Assembly: GCA_024408435.1 (NCBI GenBank)
Contig: JAKSVA010000001.1
Span: 1-56,798, forward strand
Origin: Bacilli bacterium
GTDB taxonomy: Bacteria > Bacillota_I > Bacilli_A > RFN20 > CAG-826
DNA length: 56,798 bases
Reading direction: 5' to 3'
In this document: in pieces, positions 45,125 to 54,513 of the stretch
Position numbering within the stretch: position 1 is the first letter of the stretch
Layout: every line of letters starts with the position of its first letter
Made by a program: the position numbers and the translations under genes
Notes under the pieces: model-generated
Seen by the model: the letters and a program-made list of their open reading frames with translations, nothing else
Databases searched by the model: none
Told to the model about the DNA's origin: nothing

Positions 45125-45754
45125 ATGGATAAGGAATATAAAGTTAAACCTTTCTATTGTTTTATTAAGAGATGTTTTGATATCTTATGTTCTTTTTTAG
45201 CAATCATTGTTTTATCACCTTTATTAATTATTCTTACTATCTTAGTTCCTCTTACTAGTAAAGGATCACCATTTTATCTAGATAAGAGATTAGGAAAGAA
45301 TAAGAAAATAATTAGAATCATTAAGTTTAGATCAATGAAAAATGATACGAGAGAAGTTGCGGAAATACTATCTGAAGAAGAATATAAAGAATATGTTAAA
45401 ACCTTTAAATTAGAAAATGATCCGAGGACCACTAAGTTTGGAAGATTCTTGAGAAAAACATCGTTAGATGAATTACCACAACTATTTAATATCCTTAAAG
45501 GTGATCTTTCTTTTGTAGGACCTCGCCCAATTGTAGAAAAAGAATATGAACATCTTTGGGACAATAACGAAGAAATATTTAAAGTAAAACCTGGTTTAAC
45601 TGGCTATTGGGCGGTTAACGGTAGAAGCAATACTTCTTATGAAGAAAGGATTAAATTAGAACAATACTATGTTATTCATAGATCATTATGGTTAGATTTT
45701 AAAATCTTAGTGAAAACTTTCTTTGTGGCGATAAGCGGAAAAGGCGCGCTTTAG
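45125..45754 (+). CDS. Undecaprenyl-phosphate sugar phosphotransferase (small bacterial sugar transferase, WbaP/EpsL C-terminal-domain type)
   Basis: KRCFDILCSFLAIIVLSPLL, RSMKNDT, DPRTTKFGRFLRKTSLDELPQLFNILKGDLSFVGPRP. Confidence 0.9.
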   Translation: MDKEYKVKPFYCFIKRCFDILCSFLAIIVLSPLLIILTILVPLTSKGSPFYLDKRLGKNKKIIRIIKFRSMKNDTREVAEILSEEEYKEYVKTFKLENDPRTTKFGRFLRKTSLDELPQLFNILKGDLSFVGPRPIVEKEYEHLWDNNEEIFKVKPGLTGYWAVNGRSNTSYEERIKLEQYYVIHRSLWLDFKILVKTFFVAISGKGAL

Positions 45755-47274
45755 AATTTAACTTTATTATTTAAATCGTAAGCAATATACTTCGCCTCAA
45801 AGATAAGGCGCTTTTTATTTAAATTAAGAATCTTTGAAGCAAAATTAACTTTTTTAATCTTCTTTGAGGCATCAACAATCTCTTTCTTAGCTTTAATTTC
45901 ATCAGCATCAAGCAAGATGAAATATTCACTCATAATTGGAAAGACAATCACTAAATTAGTCATCACACTATCATCCGCACCACATAAACACGATGCATCA
46001 GTAATCCCATAGCAAAGATACATAATAAGTAAAACAATGGTCGCTAATGATAAAAATGGCGTTTTCTTCCTTAACTTTAAAGCAACATATATAACATAAA
46101 CATGTAAGAATAAATAAACGCCTAATAAGATAATCCCACCTCGACCGATTAAATCCACGAATAGATTATGTCCATTATAGATAAAATCTAAGTTCTCCCA
46201 TTCCGGTGCAACCATTGCGTATGTGTTATGTAAAGCATATCCAAAAGTATCAATTCCAAAACCAAAGATATATTGATGAGGCGCTAATAGTTTAAAAGCG
46301 GATTGCCAAATAAGAATCCGCGAATTAAATGTTGCGTTCGCACTCTCACCAAATTTAATAAATAATCTTCTTACTTCATACATAATCCCTGATTCGCTAT
46401 AAATAAGAGAAACAATAAAGATTGGTGATAATATAGCAATAAAGCCCACAATTGATAAAGTAATGATTAAATTATCTTTATTCTTTTTACAAAGCATTAC
46501 TACACGAACAATGAAATAAATTAATAGAGTTAAAAGTGCCAGAATAATTGCCATCTTTGAAAAAGTTAAGAGTAAAAATAAACAAAGTGGGATATTTAAT
46601 AATAACCACTTCGCATTCTTTCTTTTAATTCTTAATAAGATAGTTGCGAACACACCATAAAGTAACATCCGCCCAAAGATATTCTTTTGTCCACAGATGG
46701 ATTTAAGAGCGTATGGTTCTATATCAATAAAGTGTTGTGAAAACATATGAGCGTATGAATCCCACTCCACGATAAAGGAAAGAAAGATCATCAAAAACGA
46801 GGCTACTAAAACAAGCATTAAGATAATATCCATATAGCGACGATTAAAAATCTTCCGTGGAATAAGATAGAAGCATAAATAAGACATTAAGCCAAAAGCA
46901 AAACCAGACATTAAGTAATACACTCTTGTTAACGGAGTAATAATTAATGGCTCCGCTCCATTAGGTAAAATTACTTCACTTGGTAAAGAAGCAACGGCAA
47001 TGATATTACTAATAGCAATTACAATTGCAAAATATAAGAAAATATTCTTAAGTTTTAAGTGATTATATTTGTAGTCCATTAAAACGTATAAGATAAAACC
47101 AATTAATAAACAAATAAAAACAGGTGTAGCAACCGCAAATAAAATTGGACTATCTGTATGAACAACTGGTCCCATTGATCGAACACCAAGAAAACCAATA
47201 CATAAACCTAATAAAGCAAAAACAAAGAAATCAATAATCAACAACGGATAAGATATCTTATTTGTTTTCATCAC
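45751..47274 (-). CDS. O-antigen ligase/polymerase-like (Wzy_C) membrane protein
   Basis: 507 aa with at least 10 TM segments. The motif YNGHNLFVDLIGRGGII resembles the Wzy_C loop. Its stop overlaps the sugar transferase stop (TTAG). Confidence 0.7.
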   Translation of the reverse strand: MMKTNKISYPLLIIDFFVFALLGLCIGFLGVRSMGPVVHTDSPILFAVATPVFICLLIGFILYVLMDYKYNHLKLKNIFLYFAIVIAISNIIAVASLPSEVILPNGAEPLIITPLTRVYYLMSGFAFGLMSYLCFYLIPRKIFNRRYMDIILMLVLVASFLMIFLSFIVEWDSYAHMFSQHFIDIEPYALKSICGQKNIFGRMLLYGVFATILLRIKRKNAKWLLLNIPLCLFLLLTFSKMAIILALLTLLIYFIVRVVMLCKKNKDNLIITLSIVGFIAILSPIFIVSLIYSESGIMYEVRRLFIKFGESANATFNSRILIWQSAFKLLAPHQYIFGFGIDTFGYALHNTYAMVAPEWENLDFIYNGHNLFVDLIGRGGIILLGVYLFLHVYVIYVALKLRKKTPFLSLATIVLLIMYLCYGITDASCLCGADDSVMTNLVIVFPIMSEYFILLDADEIKAKKEIVDASKKIKKVNFASKILNLNKKRLIFEAKYIAYDLNNKVKF

Positions 47275-47281
47275 GTCCCCC

Positions 47282-48937
47282 CTACTTTGGGTTAGTGTAA
47301 GAGTTCACATCAACTTTTTTCGTATCAATTTGGGCTAGAGCTTTTCTTGTTTTAAGAATATAAGCACTTGAACAAGAAATCTCATCAAGATGAATCGCGG
47401 CCAAGAAAGGTAAAATACTTGGATCACGACCTAATTCACCGCACATACTACAAGGAATACCAGCCTTATGAGCGTTTTCCACTGTCATTTGGATTAAACG
47501 TAAAATCGCAGGATGCTTATTATCAAATGTCATATTTAAATCCGGATTAAGCCGGTCACAGGCTAAAGTATATTGTGATAAGTCATTTGTGCCAATCGAG
47601 AAGAAATCGACTTTCTTCGCTAAAACATCACTAATTAACGCTGCAGCAGGAGTTTCAATCATAATACCAACAGGGATTTTATCCTTAAAGGGTACTCCCT
47701 CTTTAGTTAATTCTGCTTTTACTTTCTTAATTAAATCAAAAACAAAGTCAACTTCTTCTACACTAACAATCATTGGAATCATAATAGAGAGTTTACCAAA
47801 TACGGATGCACGATATAACGCTCTTAATTGGGTGCGGAAGACTTCTGGGCGCTTCCGACATATTCTAATCGAACGGAAACCTAAAGCGGGATTTATTTCT
47901 GAACGTAAATCAAAATATTCAACTTTCTTATCCGCGCCAATATCAAAAGTTCGAATTACGACTTGTTTGTCTTTCATTTCTTCAAGAACTTCACGATAGT
48001 AGTTAAACTGGAATTCTTCCGTTGGGAAGGTTTTACTTGCTAAGTAAACAAATTCGCTTCTAAATAAACCAACCCCTTCACCATCATTCTTCAACACGTT
48101 TTCAATTTCTAAGGCTGATGCAATATTGGCATATAGATTAAGTTTTACTCCATCTTTAGTAACACTTGGTTTACCAACAAACTTTTTAAGCGAAGTGACT
48201 TCCTCATCATATTGTTTAGCTAATTTACCATATTCTTTAACTTCTTCTTCAGTTGGATCAATGATTAATCTACCTTTTATACCATCAAGAATGGCTCTCT
48301 TGCCATTAACCGCGTTAGATAAAGCAAAAGAATTATCTAAATTAGCGATAGTTGGTAATTCAATTGTTCTTGCGAAAATTGAAACATGGCTATTAATGTT
48401 ACCTTTTACTAACACAAGACCTTTTAGATATTTACGGTTAATCTGCATTAAGATTGAAGCCGATAAATCGTTACATAATAAGATAGTTGGCTTAGTAAGA
48501 TTCACTAATTGATTATTACCCGAGAGGATATCAACAATTGTATTACCAACTTCAATTACATCCGCTGCTCTTTGTTTCATGTATTCATCGTTAAGAGCCG
48601 AAAAAGTGTCTGCTAACTGTTTACTAGCGTTAGTAACAGCATCTTCGGCGGTTTGTTTATCGTTAATATTAGAGCGAACTAAATCTTCAAAGTCTGAATC
48701 TTCCGCCATGATTTTATAAGTCTGGAACAAGTTAGCTTCTTTTTCCGACATTGTTTTTAAAGTAGTAGCGTATAGTTGATCAAAAGTTTTAATCGCTGAT
48801 ATACGCGCAGACAAAAAGCGATCGTACTCGTTCTTATCTTTACTAACTGATAAGCGACGAGGACGTTTTTGTTCGTCGTAAACTAAAACACTTTCCGTTA
48901 CGTACCCTTCAAAAACAATATCGCCTTTATATTGCAT
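47282..48937 (-). CDS. ptsI: Phosphoenolpyruvate-protein phosphotransferase (PTS enzyme I)
   Basis: The phosphohistidine region is GNINSHVSIFART. The PEP-utilising C-terminal domain has GLFRSEFVY, FRSIRI, FFSIGTNDLSQYTLACDR and CGELG. Confidence 0.93.
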   Translation of the reverse strand: MQYKGDIVFEGYVTESVLVYDEQKRPRRLSVSKDKNEYDRFLSARISAIKTFDQLYATTLKTMSEKEANLFQTYKIMAEDSDFEDLVRSNINDKQTAEDAVTNASKQLADTFSALNDEYMKQRAADVIEVGNTIVDILSGNNQLVNLTKPTILLCNDLSASILMQINRKYLKGLVLVKGNINSHVSIFARTIELPTIANLDNSFALSNAVNGKRAILDGIKGRLIIDPTEEEVKEYGKLAKQYDEEVTSLKKFVGKPSVTKDGVKLNLYANIASALEIENVLKNDGEGVGLFRSEFVYLASKTFPTEEFQFNYYREVLEEMKDKQVVIRTFDIGADKKVEYFDLRSEINPALGFRSIRICRKRPEVFRTQLRALYRASVFGKLSIMIPMIVSVEEVDFVFDLIKKVKAELTKEGVPFKDKIPVGIMIETPAAALISDVLAKKVDFFSIGTNDLSQYTLACDRLNPDLNMTFDNKHPAILRLIQMTVENAHKAGIPCSMCGELGRDPSILPFLAAIHLDEISCSSAYILKTRKALAQIDTKKVDVNSYTNPK

Positions 48938-48947
48938 AAAAAATTAA

Positions 48948-49205
48948 TTATAAATTCATCGCAAATGCTTTTTGGACCATTTCAGCGGCTAATTCTTCAT
49001 CCGAACCGCTGACACTAATGGTAATTTCTTCACCAAATTTAATGCATAAGCCCATCACACCAAAGATTCGTTTTAAATCCGTGGTCCTTCCTTTTGAAGT
49101 AATTGTGATGTTTGAAGCATATTTTCTTGCTTCCGCTACAACAATACCTGCTGGACGAGCGTGAACTCCTTCTTTGTCGCGAATCGTGTAAGTAAAAGTC
49201 TTCAT
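48948..49205 (-). CDS. ptsH: Phosphocarrier protein HPr (His15 present, Ser46 replaced by Arg)
   Basis: KEGVHARPAGIVV contains His15. The region aligned to B. subtilis NLKSIMGVMSLG reads DLKRIFGVMGLC. Confidence 0.9.
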   Translation of the reverse strand: MKTFTYTIRDKEGVHARPAGIVVAEARKYASNITITSKGRTTDLKRIFGVMGLCIKFGEEITISVSGSDEELAAEMVQKAFAMNL

Positions 49206-49215
49206 ATATTTCTCC

Positions 49216-50124
49216 TTATTTTACTAATTTAGCAACTTCTTTAATCGTTTTCTCGTCAGGTAAATCGATTGAGAAAGCCGAAGCACTCCCAACAATGATA
49301 CCCTTTTTCAAAGCTTTTTCAAAGCTTTCTGATATAAGATATTCATCAATGAATCCAGCTAAGAAAGAATCGCCAGCGCCTGAAGTGTTTTTAACCTCGC
49401 CTTTTGGGCACTTTAAATTCATCACCATTGATTTATTGACAAAGATAGCACCATTTTTCCCTCTCGTGATTACAACATTTTGTGCGCCCATCTTGAGTAA
49501 GCGCTTCGCACCACGAACAATGTCATCATCATTATTAACGCTAAGATAAAGCGTATCCGCTAATTCACGTTGATTAATTTTTACTAAAAACGGTTTATAG
49601 CGGAGCGTTTTTAATAGTGGCGTTCCTGACATATCGATAACCATATTGGTTTTATTATTCTCTAATAGCTTTATGCAATCATCAAACAAGGGTAATGGGA
49701 AACTTTTTGGCATCGCACCAGAAATAACCACCACATCATCTTTCTTAATCTTAGCAATCTTTTTTACTAAGCCCATAATGTCTTCTTTAGATAATGCTGG
49801 TGATGGTGCGTTAATTTCGGTGGTATCTTCTCCATCAACCACAATCTTTACATTGACACGGGTGAAGTTACTAATTTGGGCAAAATCAGTTTTAATACCT
49901 GCACAATGAAGTTCATCTTCAAGTGTTTTACCTGAAAAACCACCAACAAAGCCGAGGGCCACTGATTCTCTTTTTAAAGTCTTTAAAACGCGGGAGACAT
50001 TAATGCCTTTACCCCCAGATAATGGGTGCTCTTCATAAGCACGATTAACTACCCCAATTCGGCAGTTATCGTGAAGGTGTAGAATTAAATCTAACGCCGG
50101 AACAAGTGTTACTGTGTATATCAT
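49216..50124 (-). CDS. fruK: 1-phosphofructokinase (PfkB family)
   Basis: MIYTVTLVPALD, GGKGINVSRVL, and TSGAGDSFLAGF (PfkB signature 2). Confidence 0.85.
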   Translation of the reverse strand: MIYTVTLVPALDLILHLHDNCRIGVVNRAYEEHPLSGGKGINVSRVLKTLKRESVALGFVGGFSGKTLEDELHCAGIKTDFAQISNFTRVNVKIVVDGEDTTEINAPSPALSKEDIMGLVKKIAKIKKDDVVVISGAMPKSFPLPLFDDCIKLLENNKTNMVIDMSGTPLLKTLRYKPFLVKINQRELADTLYLSVNNDDDIVRGAKRLLKMGAQNVVITRGKNGAIFVNKSMVMNLKCPKGEVKNTSGAGDSFLAGFIDEYLISESFEKALKKGIIVGSASAFSIDLPDEKTIKEVAKLVK

Positions 50125-50234
50125 AGCGACATATTAATTATATCTAATTTTTTAAACTAATAAACAATTTTCCTTCTAACGAAGGAATAGTAGCAACACG
50201 AAATCATCTTATTTATGTTAAAATAAAATTGAAT

Positions 50235-51524
50235 ATGAGTATATTTAAACGTAAAGCAATTATCGTAAAGGGGCATACCTTTTCCGAGTATCTTTCTCGT
50301 TGTGGCCGTGAATATATCATGGGACGAGGAGAAATCATTAAAGATAAGAACAAATTAAAGCCGAATCGTCGTTACTGGGAGATTAATGGTGAATATTACC
50401 AAGTTGGTATAAAAAAAGAATTACGAATCGCTTTTACTGCTGTTTCTATTGCCGCAATGGTAATGACTGTCTTTTTACCAATTTACTTCTGCGTCATTGC
50501 TCCAATGGAAAGATATCATGATTATAATTTTAAATATTGGAATGACGCTCCGGCTTTAAATACTCTAAAAGAGTATGTTAAAAATGCTGTTACTCCTGGC
50601 AACGCTGATTATGTTCCAAAAGAAGATAGAATTGCTACTTTTGATATGGATGGAACTCTTTTTGGTGAGAGATCACCGATTTATGCTGAATGGATGATGT
50701 ATAACCAATATTATGATTATCTTAAAAGTAAAGATCCTAAAGACACTAAACTAACCGAAGGCGAAGATGTCCCAGGAAAAGAACCACAACAGCATACCGT
50801 TGTTACAGCTGATAGAGTATATGATGAAATTAAGAAATTTATGGATACTCAAGTACTAAAAGACTTTGTAGTCGATAATATTACTATAACTTTAGAGCAA
50901 GCAGAAGCTTATCTAGGAGCGATATTGTTTTCTAAATTAACACTAGAAGAATATGACACAATAACAAATACATTTTTAGAAGAGAACGCTCCTAAATTCA
51001 ACAACCTGTTGATGAAAGATATGTTCTATAAACCAATGATTGAGGTTGTTGAATTCCTCCAACAAAATAATTTTAACGTTTATGTTGTAAGTGGCACGGA
51101 CCGTTTTATGGTTAGAACAATTGTAAACAAACATTTAAATATCCCTTATCATAATGTGATTGGGATGGATGTCCGAGTAACTCCTTCACAAGGTAAAATT
51201 ATTCGTACCACTGAATTATTAGTCAAAAACGTTGAAGTAGCGAAAGTTGAACTTATCATGAAAGAGATTGGAAAAATTCCAGTTTTATCATTTGGAAATA
51301 GTAATGGCGATGTCGATATGCATAACTTAATTTTGTCTAATGCAAAATATAAATCGCAAGCTTATATGGTACTCGCGGATGATAACAGTCGTGAAATCGG
51401 CTATACCGATGATATTATCATTCCTCGACGTGAAAAATGGAATCAAAATGGCTATCAAGTTTTCTCAATGAAAGATGATTGGAAAACCATCTATGGCGAT
51501 AATGTAACTGTTATTCCTAAATAA
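50235..51524 (+). CDS. Membrane-anchored HAD-superfamily hydrolase
   Basis: It has one N-terminal TM segment (AFTAVSIAAMVMTVFLPIYFCVI), HAD motif I ATFDMDGTL, and later VVSGTDRF and GNSNGDVDM. The ATG at 50235 is preferred over the TTG at 50229. Confidence 0.7.
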   Translation: MSIFKRKAIIVKGHTFSEYLSRCGREYIMGRGEIIKDKNKLKPNRRYWEINGEYYQVGIKKELRIAFTAVSIAAMVMTVFLPIYFCVIAPMERYHDYNFKYWNDAPALNTLKEYVKNAVTPGNADYVPKEDRIATFDMDGTLFGERSPIYAEWMMYNQYYDYLKSKDPKDTKLTEGEDVPGKEPQQHTVVTADRVYDEIKKFMDTQVLKDFVVDNITITLEQAEAYLGAILFSKLTLEEYDTITNTFLEENAPKFNNLLMKDMFYKPMIEVVEFLQQNNFNVYVVSGTDRFMVRTIVNKHLNIPYHNVIGMDVRVTPSQGKIIRTTELLVKNVEVAKVELIMKEIGKIPVLSFGNSNGDVDMHNLILSNAKYKSQAYMVLADDNSREIGYTDDIIIPRREKWNQNGYQVFSMKDDWKTIYGDNVTVIPK

Positions 51525-51527
51525 CAA

Positions 51528-52454
51528 TTACTTTTTCTTACTTACTTTTTTCTTAACGGTTTTAGCAGGTTTAGCTTTTTTAGTTGGTTTAACTTCAACT
51601 TTCTTTGCTACTTTATCTTTATGTTCAATATGGAAAATACTATCTTTTTTAATATAGTTTTCGTTAATGACACCTTTAACAGGCGCGACTGGTTTATTAT
51701 TAGGTAATAAATGAGTAATTGCACCATCATAGATGAGAGCACCAAGCACAGCGCCAAGAGTTGGCACAAAGATATACACTAAGAATTGATAACCATTACC
51801 AAAGATAGCGGAAGTATCATAACCCTTAATCGTTCCCCAAATGAGTGCGAATAAACGTGGGCCAAAGTCACGTGCCATATTAAGGCATGCGCCACTATAT
51901 GGTCCGGCTAAAGTAACACCAAAGGTAATATAAAGTGCTAAGACTAATGGGAATAAGGCTTTACCTGGATTATTAACAATTCTTTGATCATTGCAGGCTA
52001 GAATAACAATCACCATAAATGCAGTAAGAATAATTTCAAACGGGAATACGCCATATAAACCACCAGCATTATAATTACAAAATAATAAATTAACGGCTGC
52101 CACTCCTTGGCTCATTTCCATCGCAATTATATCAATTTGATTATAGAAAGCTGCATGCACTAATGCTGCACCACAGAACCAACCAAGGATTTGAGCAAGA
52201 ATGAATGGTATCAATGTTTTCTTATCTTGACGTTTGGTGATAACCATCGCTAAAGTAACACCTGGGTTAAATTGCGCACCACTCACTGGATTAAAGACAA
52301 GCACCACAAAGGCAATCGCTAAACCAAAAAGCATTGAAAATTGGAATTGATCGATGATTTTTAAATGCAATGGGATTAAACACCCAAGACCAAAAAAACC
52401 AACTAGTAAACCACATAAGAATTCACTAAGGCACTGTTTTTTAAGAGAAACCAT
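51528..52454 (-). CDS. MIP-family channel (GlpF/aquaporin-like) with atypical NPA boxes and a Lys-rich C-terminal tail
   Basis: It has 6 TM segments. Box 1 is SGAQFNPGVTLA and box 2 is GACLNMARDFGPR. The tail is KVAKKVEVKPTKKAKPAKTVKKKVSKKK. Confidence 0.85.
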   Translation of the reverse strand: MVSLKKQCLSEFLCGLLVGFFGLGCLIPLHLKIIDQFQFSMLFGLAIAFVVLVFNPVSGAQFNPGVTLAMVITKRQDKKTLIPFILAQILGWFCGAALVHAAFYNQIDIIAMEMSQGVAAVNLLFCNYNAGGLYGVFPFEIILTAFMVIVILACNDQRIVNNPGKALFPLVLALYITFGVTLAGPYSGACLNMARDFGPRLFALIWGTIKGYDTSAIFGNGYQFLVYIFVPTLGAVLGALIYDGAITHLLPNNKPVAPVKGVINENYIKKDSIFHIEHKDKVAKKVEVKPTKKAKPAKTVKKKVSKKK

Positions 52455-52507
52455 ATTATTACCTCGTTAATAATAGACTACTAGAAAGTGTACTTTTAAG
52501 CAAAAAG

Positions 52508-53350
52508 TTATTTAATACTAAGATATTCTTCAGCAAATCGTTCACCTAATTTTAAATAACTTTCAGGTGAGTAATGATAACCTGGGTCGATTTTAGGTAA
52601 TGTTTCACTATCCGCAACATAACGATACTTGTCATTACTAGCGACAATTTCTTTTTTGGCTTGATTAATCTTTTCGTAATACTTCCACATTCCATCAGTA
52701 GTGATGCCTGCATCAATAAGAGAAATACCATAACTAGGTACATAATCTTTAAAAGTAGAGTTAATTCTATCAATTAATCCAAGCATTCTTTCTTTATAAT
52801 GATTAGCACGGTCTTCTGGATCAGCATCATGCTCGCCTTGCATCCACATAAATGCAGTAATTTGAAAATTAAGATTTTTCTCCTTAAAAAAATTAATTGA
52901 AGCATTTACATCTTCAACAAACGTTTGATAGCAACTACCATCCTCTGCCCATTGAACAGCTAAACTTGAACTACCTTCACAAGATTTAATTAAATAATAT
53001 TGCTGATTGGAATCATGTTTACCTAAATACGCAGCAACTCCTATTTCAGGACCAAAAAGTTTTTTATTTCTTCCTTGCCCAAAATCTACATCCACAAATT
53101 CACCATTAGATGTATTTGCTACCCCGCCTTCATAATTTTTCTCATAAGTGCAATTATAATTAATCTTTACATTATCATGCCCTAGGCGGTATTCGTTAAT
53201 TGTCTCATCAGTTAAATTTCCCCAAGGCGAATCATGCCCTTCCATATTAGATTGGCCTGCTAAAAGAATAATTTTTATGGTCGGTGATTTATTGCAACCA
53301 TTTAAAGTCATTAACACGATAGGCAAACTTAATAGACGAATAATTTTCAT
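52508..53350 (-). CDS. SASA-family carbohydrate/sialate O-acetylesterase lipoprotein
   Basis: It has the signal and lipobox LMTLNGC, then IILLAGQSNMEGH (the GQSNM catalytic Ser motif) and WMQGEHD. The ATG at 53350 overlaps the upstream stop (TAATG). Confidence 0.75.
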   Translation of the reverse strand: MKIIRLLSLPIVLMTLNGCNKSPTIKIILLAGQSNMEGHDSPWGNLTDETINEYRLGHDNVKINYNCTYEKNYEGGVANTSNGEFVDVDFGQGRNKKLFGPEIGVAAYLGKHDSNQQYYLIKSCEGSSSLAVQWAEDGSCYQTFVEDVNASINFFKEKNLNFQITAFMWMQGEHDADPEDRANHYKERMLGLIDRINSTFKDYVPSYGISLIDAGITTDGMWKYYEKINQAKKEIVASNDKYRYVADSETLPKIDPGYHYSPESYLKLGERFAEEYLSIK

Positions 53351-54513
53351 TAATGAGCATCCCAAGCCATTTGGTAAATCTTAAGCATATCTTCGTACTT
53401 AAGTCTTTTTACGCCTTCTAGATAACTAGTCTTATTGTTAGATAACCGTAATGCCATTTTTACTAAATCATTCTTTTTCACTTTTAATTCTTTTAATGAG
53501 ATTGGCATTCCAATCTTATGATAATAATCTTCTTGTTTCTTAATCGCCTTTAAAACATCAGTTGTATCCCAAACAGTTTTTGCGAATAATTGCCAACGCT
53601 TTAAATTATATTTATATACGTATCTTGCCCATGATGCCCATAAAGCTGCTAAACCAGCCCCATGCGCTACTTCAGGGTATAAACCAGATACTTGATGCTC
53701 AAATGGATGGACGACAAACACAACATTTCTTCCAAAGCCAGTTAGACCATTATGCGCTAAAGATGAGGCCCACATCATATTCGCTCTTGCTTCATAATCA
53801 TTAGGATTCTTTATGCACTTTAAGCCTAATTCATTAGTGGCCTTAATAAGCGCTAATGCTAAAGCATCAGTAATTTCGGTATGTTTACCTACACTAAAAT
53901 ATCTTTCCATTGTGTGCATCGCAATATCAACTGCTCCACATGCAGTTTGATATGGAGAAACTGAAAGAGTTAAATCCGGATTCTCAATCGAAAAATTCAT
54001 ACGATTAAACGGACTATTAAATCCGCGTTTTTCTTTTGTTATTTCATTAGTGATAACTGCTGAATCACTCATTTCGCTTCCAGCGGCTGAGATAGTTAAA
54101 ATTGCTGCTTTTGGTAGACTTGCCTTTGGAGTAGCTTTACCACATGAGAATTTCCAAACATCAACTTTTGGATTAGCTACACCAATGGCGATTGCTTTCG
54201 TGGAGTCTAATACTGATCCACCACCAATTGCTAAAACAAAATCTACTTTCTCTTTTTGACATAAAGCAATACCCTTTCTAACAAAAGAGAGCATTGGATT
54301 AGCGGTTACTCCACCTAATTCAACATATTTAATCTTTTCTTGTTTTAAGGCTTTTTCTACGCGACCTAATAAACCAGTTTTCTTAATTCGATTAGAACCA
54401 AAGTGAATTAAGACTTTATGAGCGTGATACTCTTTAATTAATTTACCAATCTTCAGTTCTTCGTCCTTACCAAAATAGACTTTTGTAGAAATTGAATACA
54501 CAAAATTATTCAT
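53350..54513 (-). CDS. Iron-containing (group III) alcohol dehydrogenase
   Basis: AIGGGSVLDSTKAIA plus His-rich metal ligands (HTMERYF, HPFEHQVS, HGAGLAA). Confidence 0.88.
   Translation of the reverse strand: MNNFVYSISTKVYFGKDEELKIGKLIKEYHAHKVLIHFGSNRIKKTGLLGRVEKALKQEKIKYVELGGVTANPMLSFVRKGIALCQKEKVDFVLAIGGGSVLDSTKAIAIGVANPKVDVWKFSCGKATPKASLPKAAILTISAAGSEMSDSAVITNEITKEKRGFNSPFNRMNFSIENPDLTLSVSPYQTACGAVDIAMHTMERYFSVGKHTEITDALALALIKATNELGLKCIKNPNDYEARANMMWASSLAHNGLTGFGRNVVFVVHPFEHQVSGLYPEVAHGAGLAALWASWARYVYKYNLKRWQLFAKTVWDTTDVLKAIKKQEDYYHKIGMPISLKELKVKKNDLVKMALRLSNNKTSYLEGVKRLKYEDMLKIYQMAWDAH

Noticed and set aside
19400-47274. Prophage, ICE or transposon interpretation of the accessory region
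   Set aside because: I could recognise no integrase, recombinase, transposase, relaxase, or phage structural or replication genes. There is no flanking tRNA. The only repeats are the short hairpin family and the 63-70-bp duplications.
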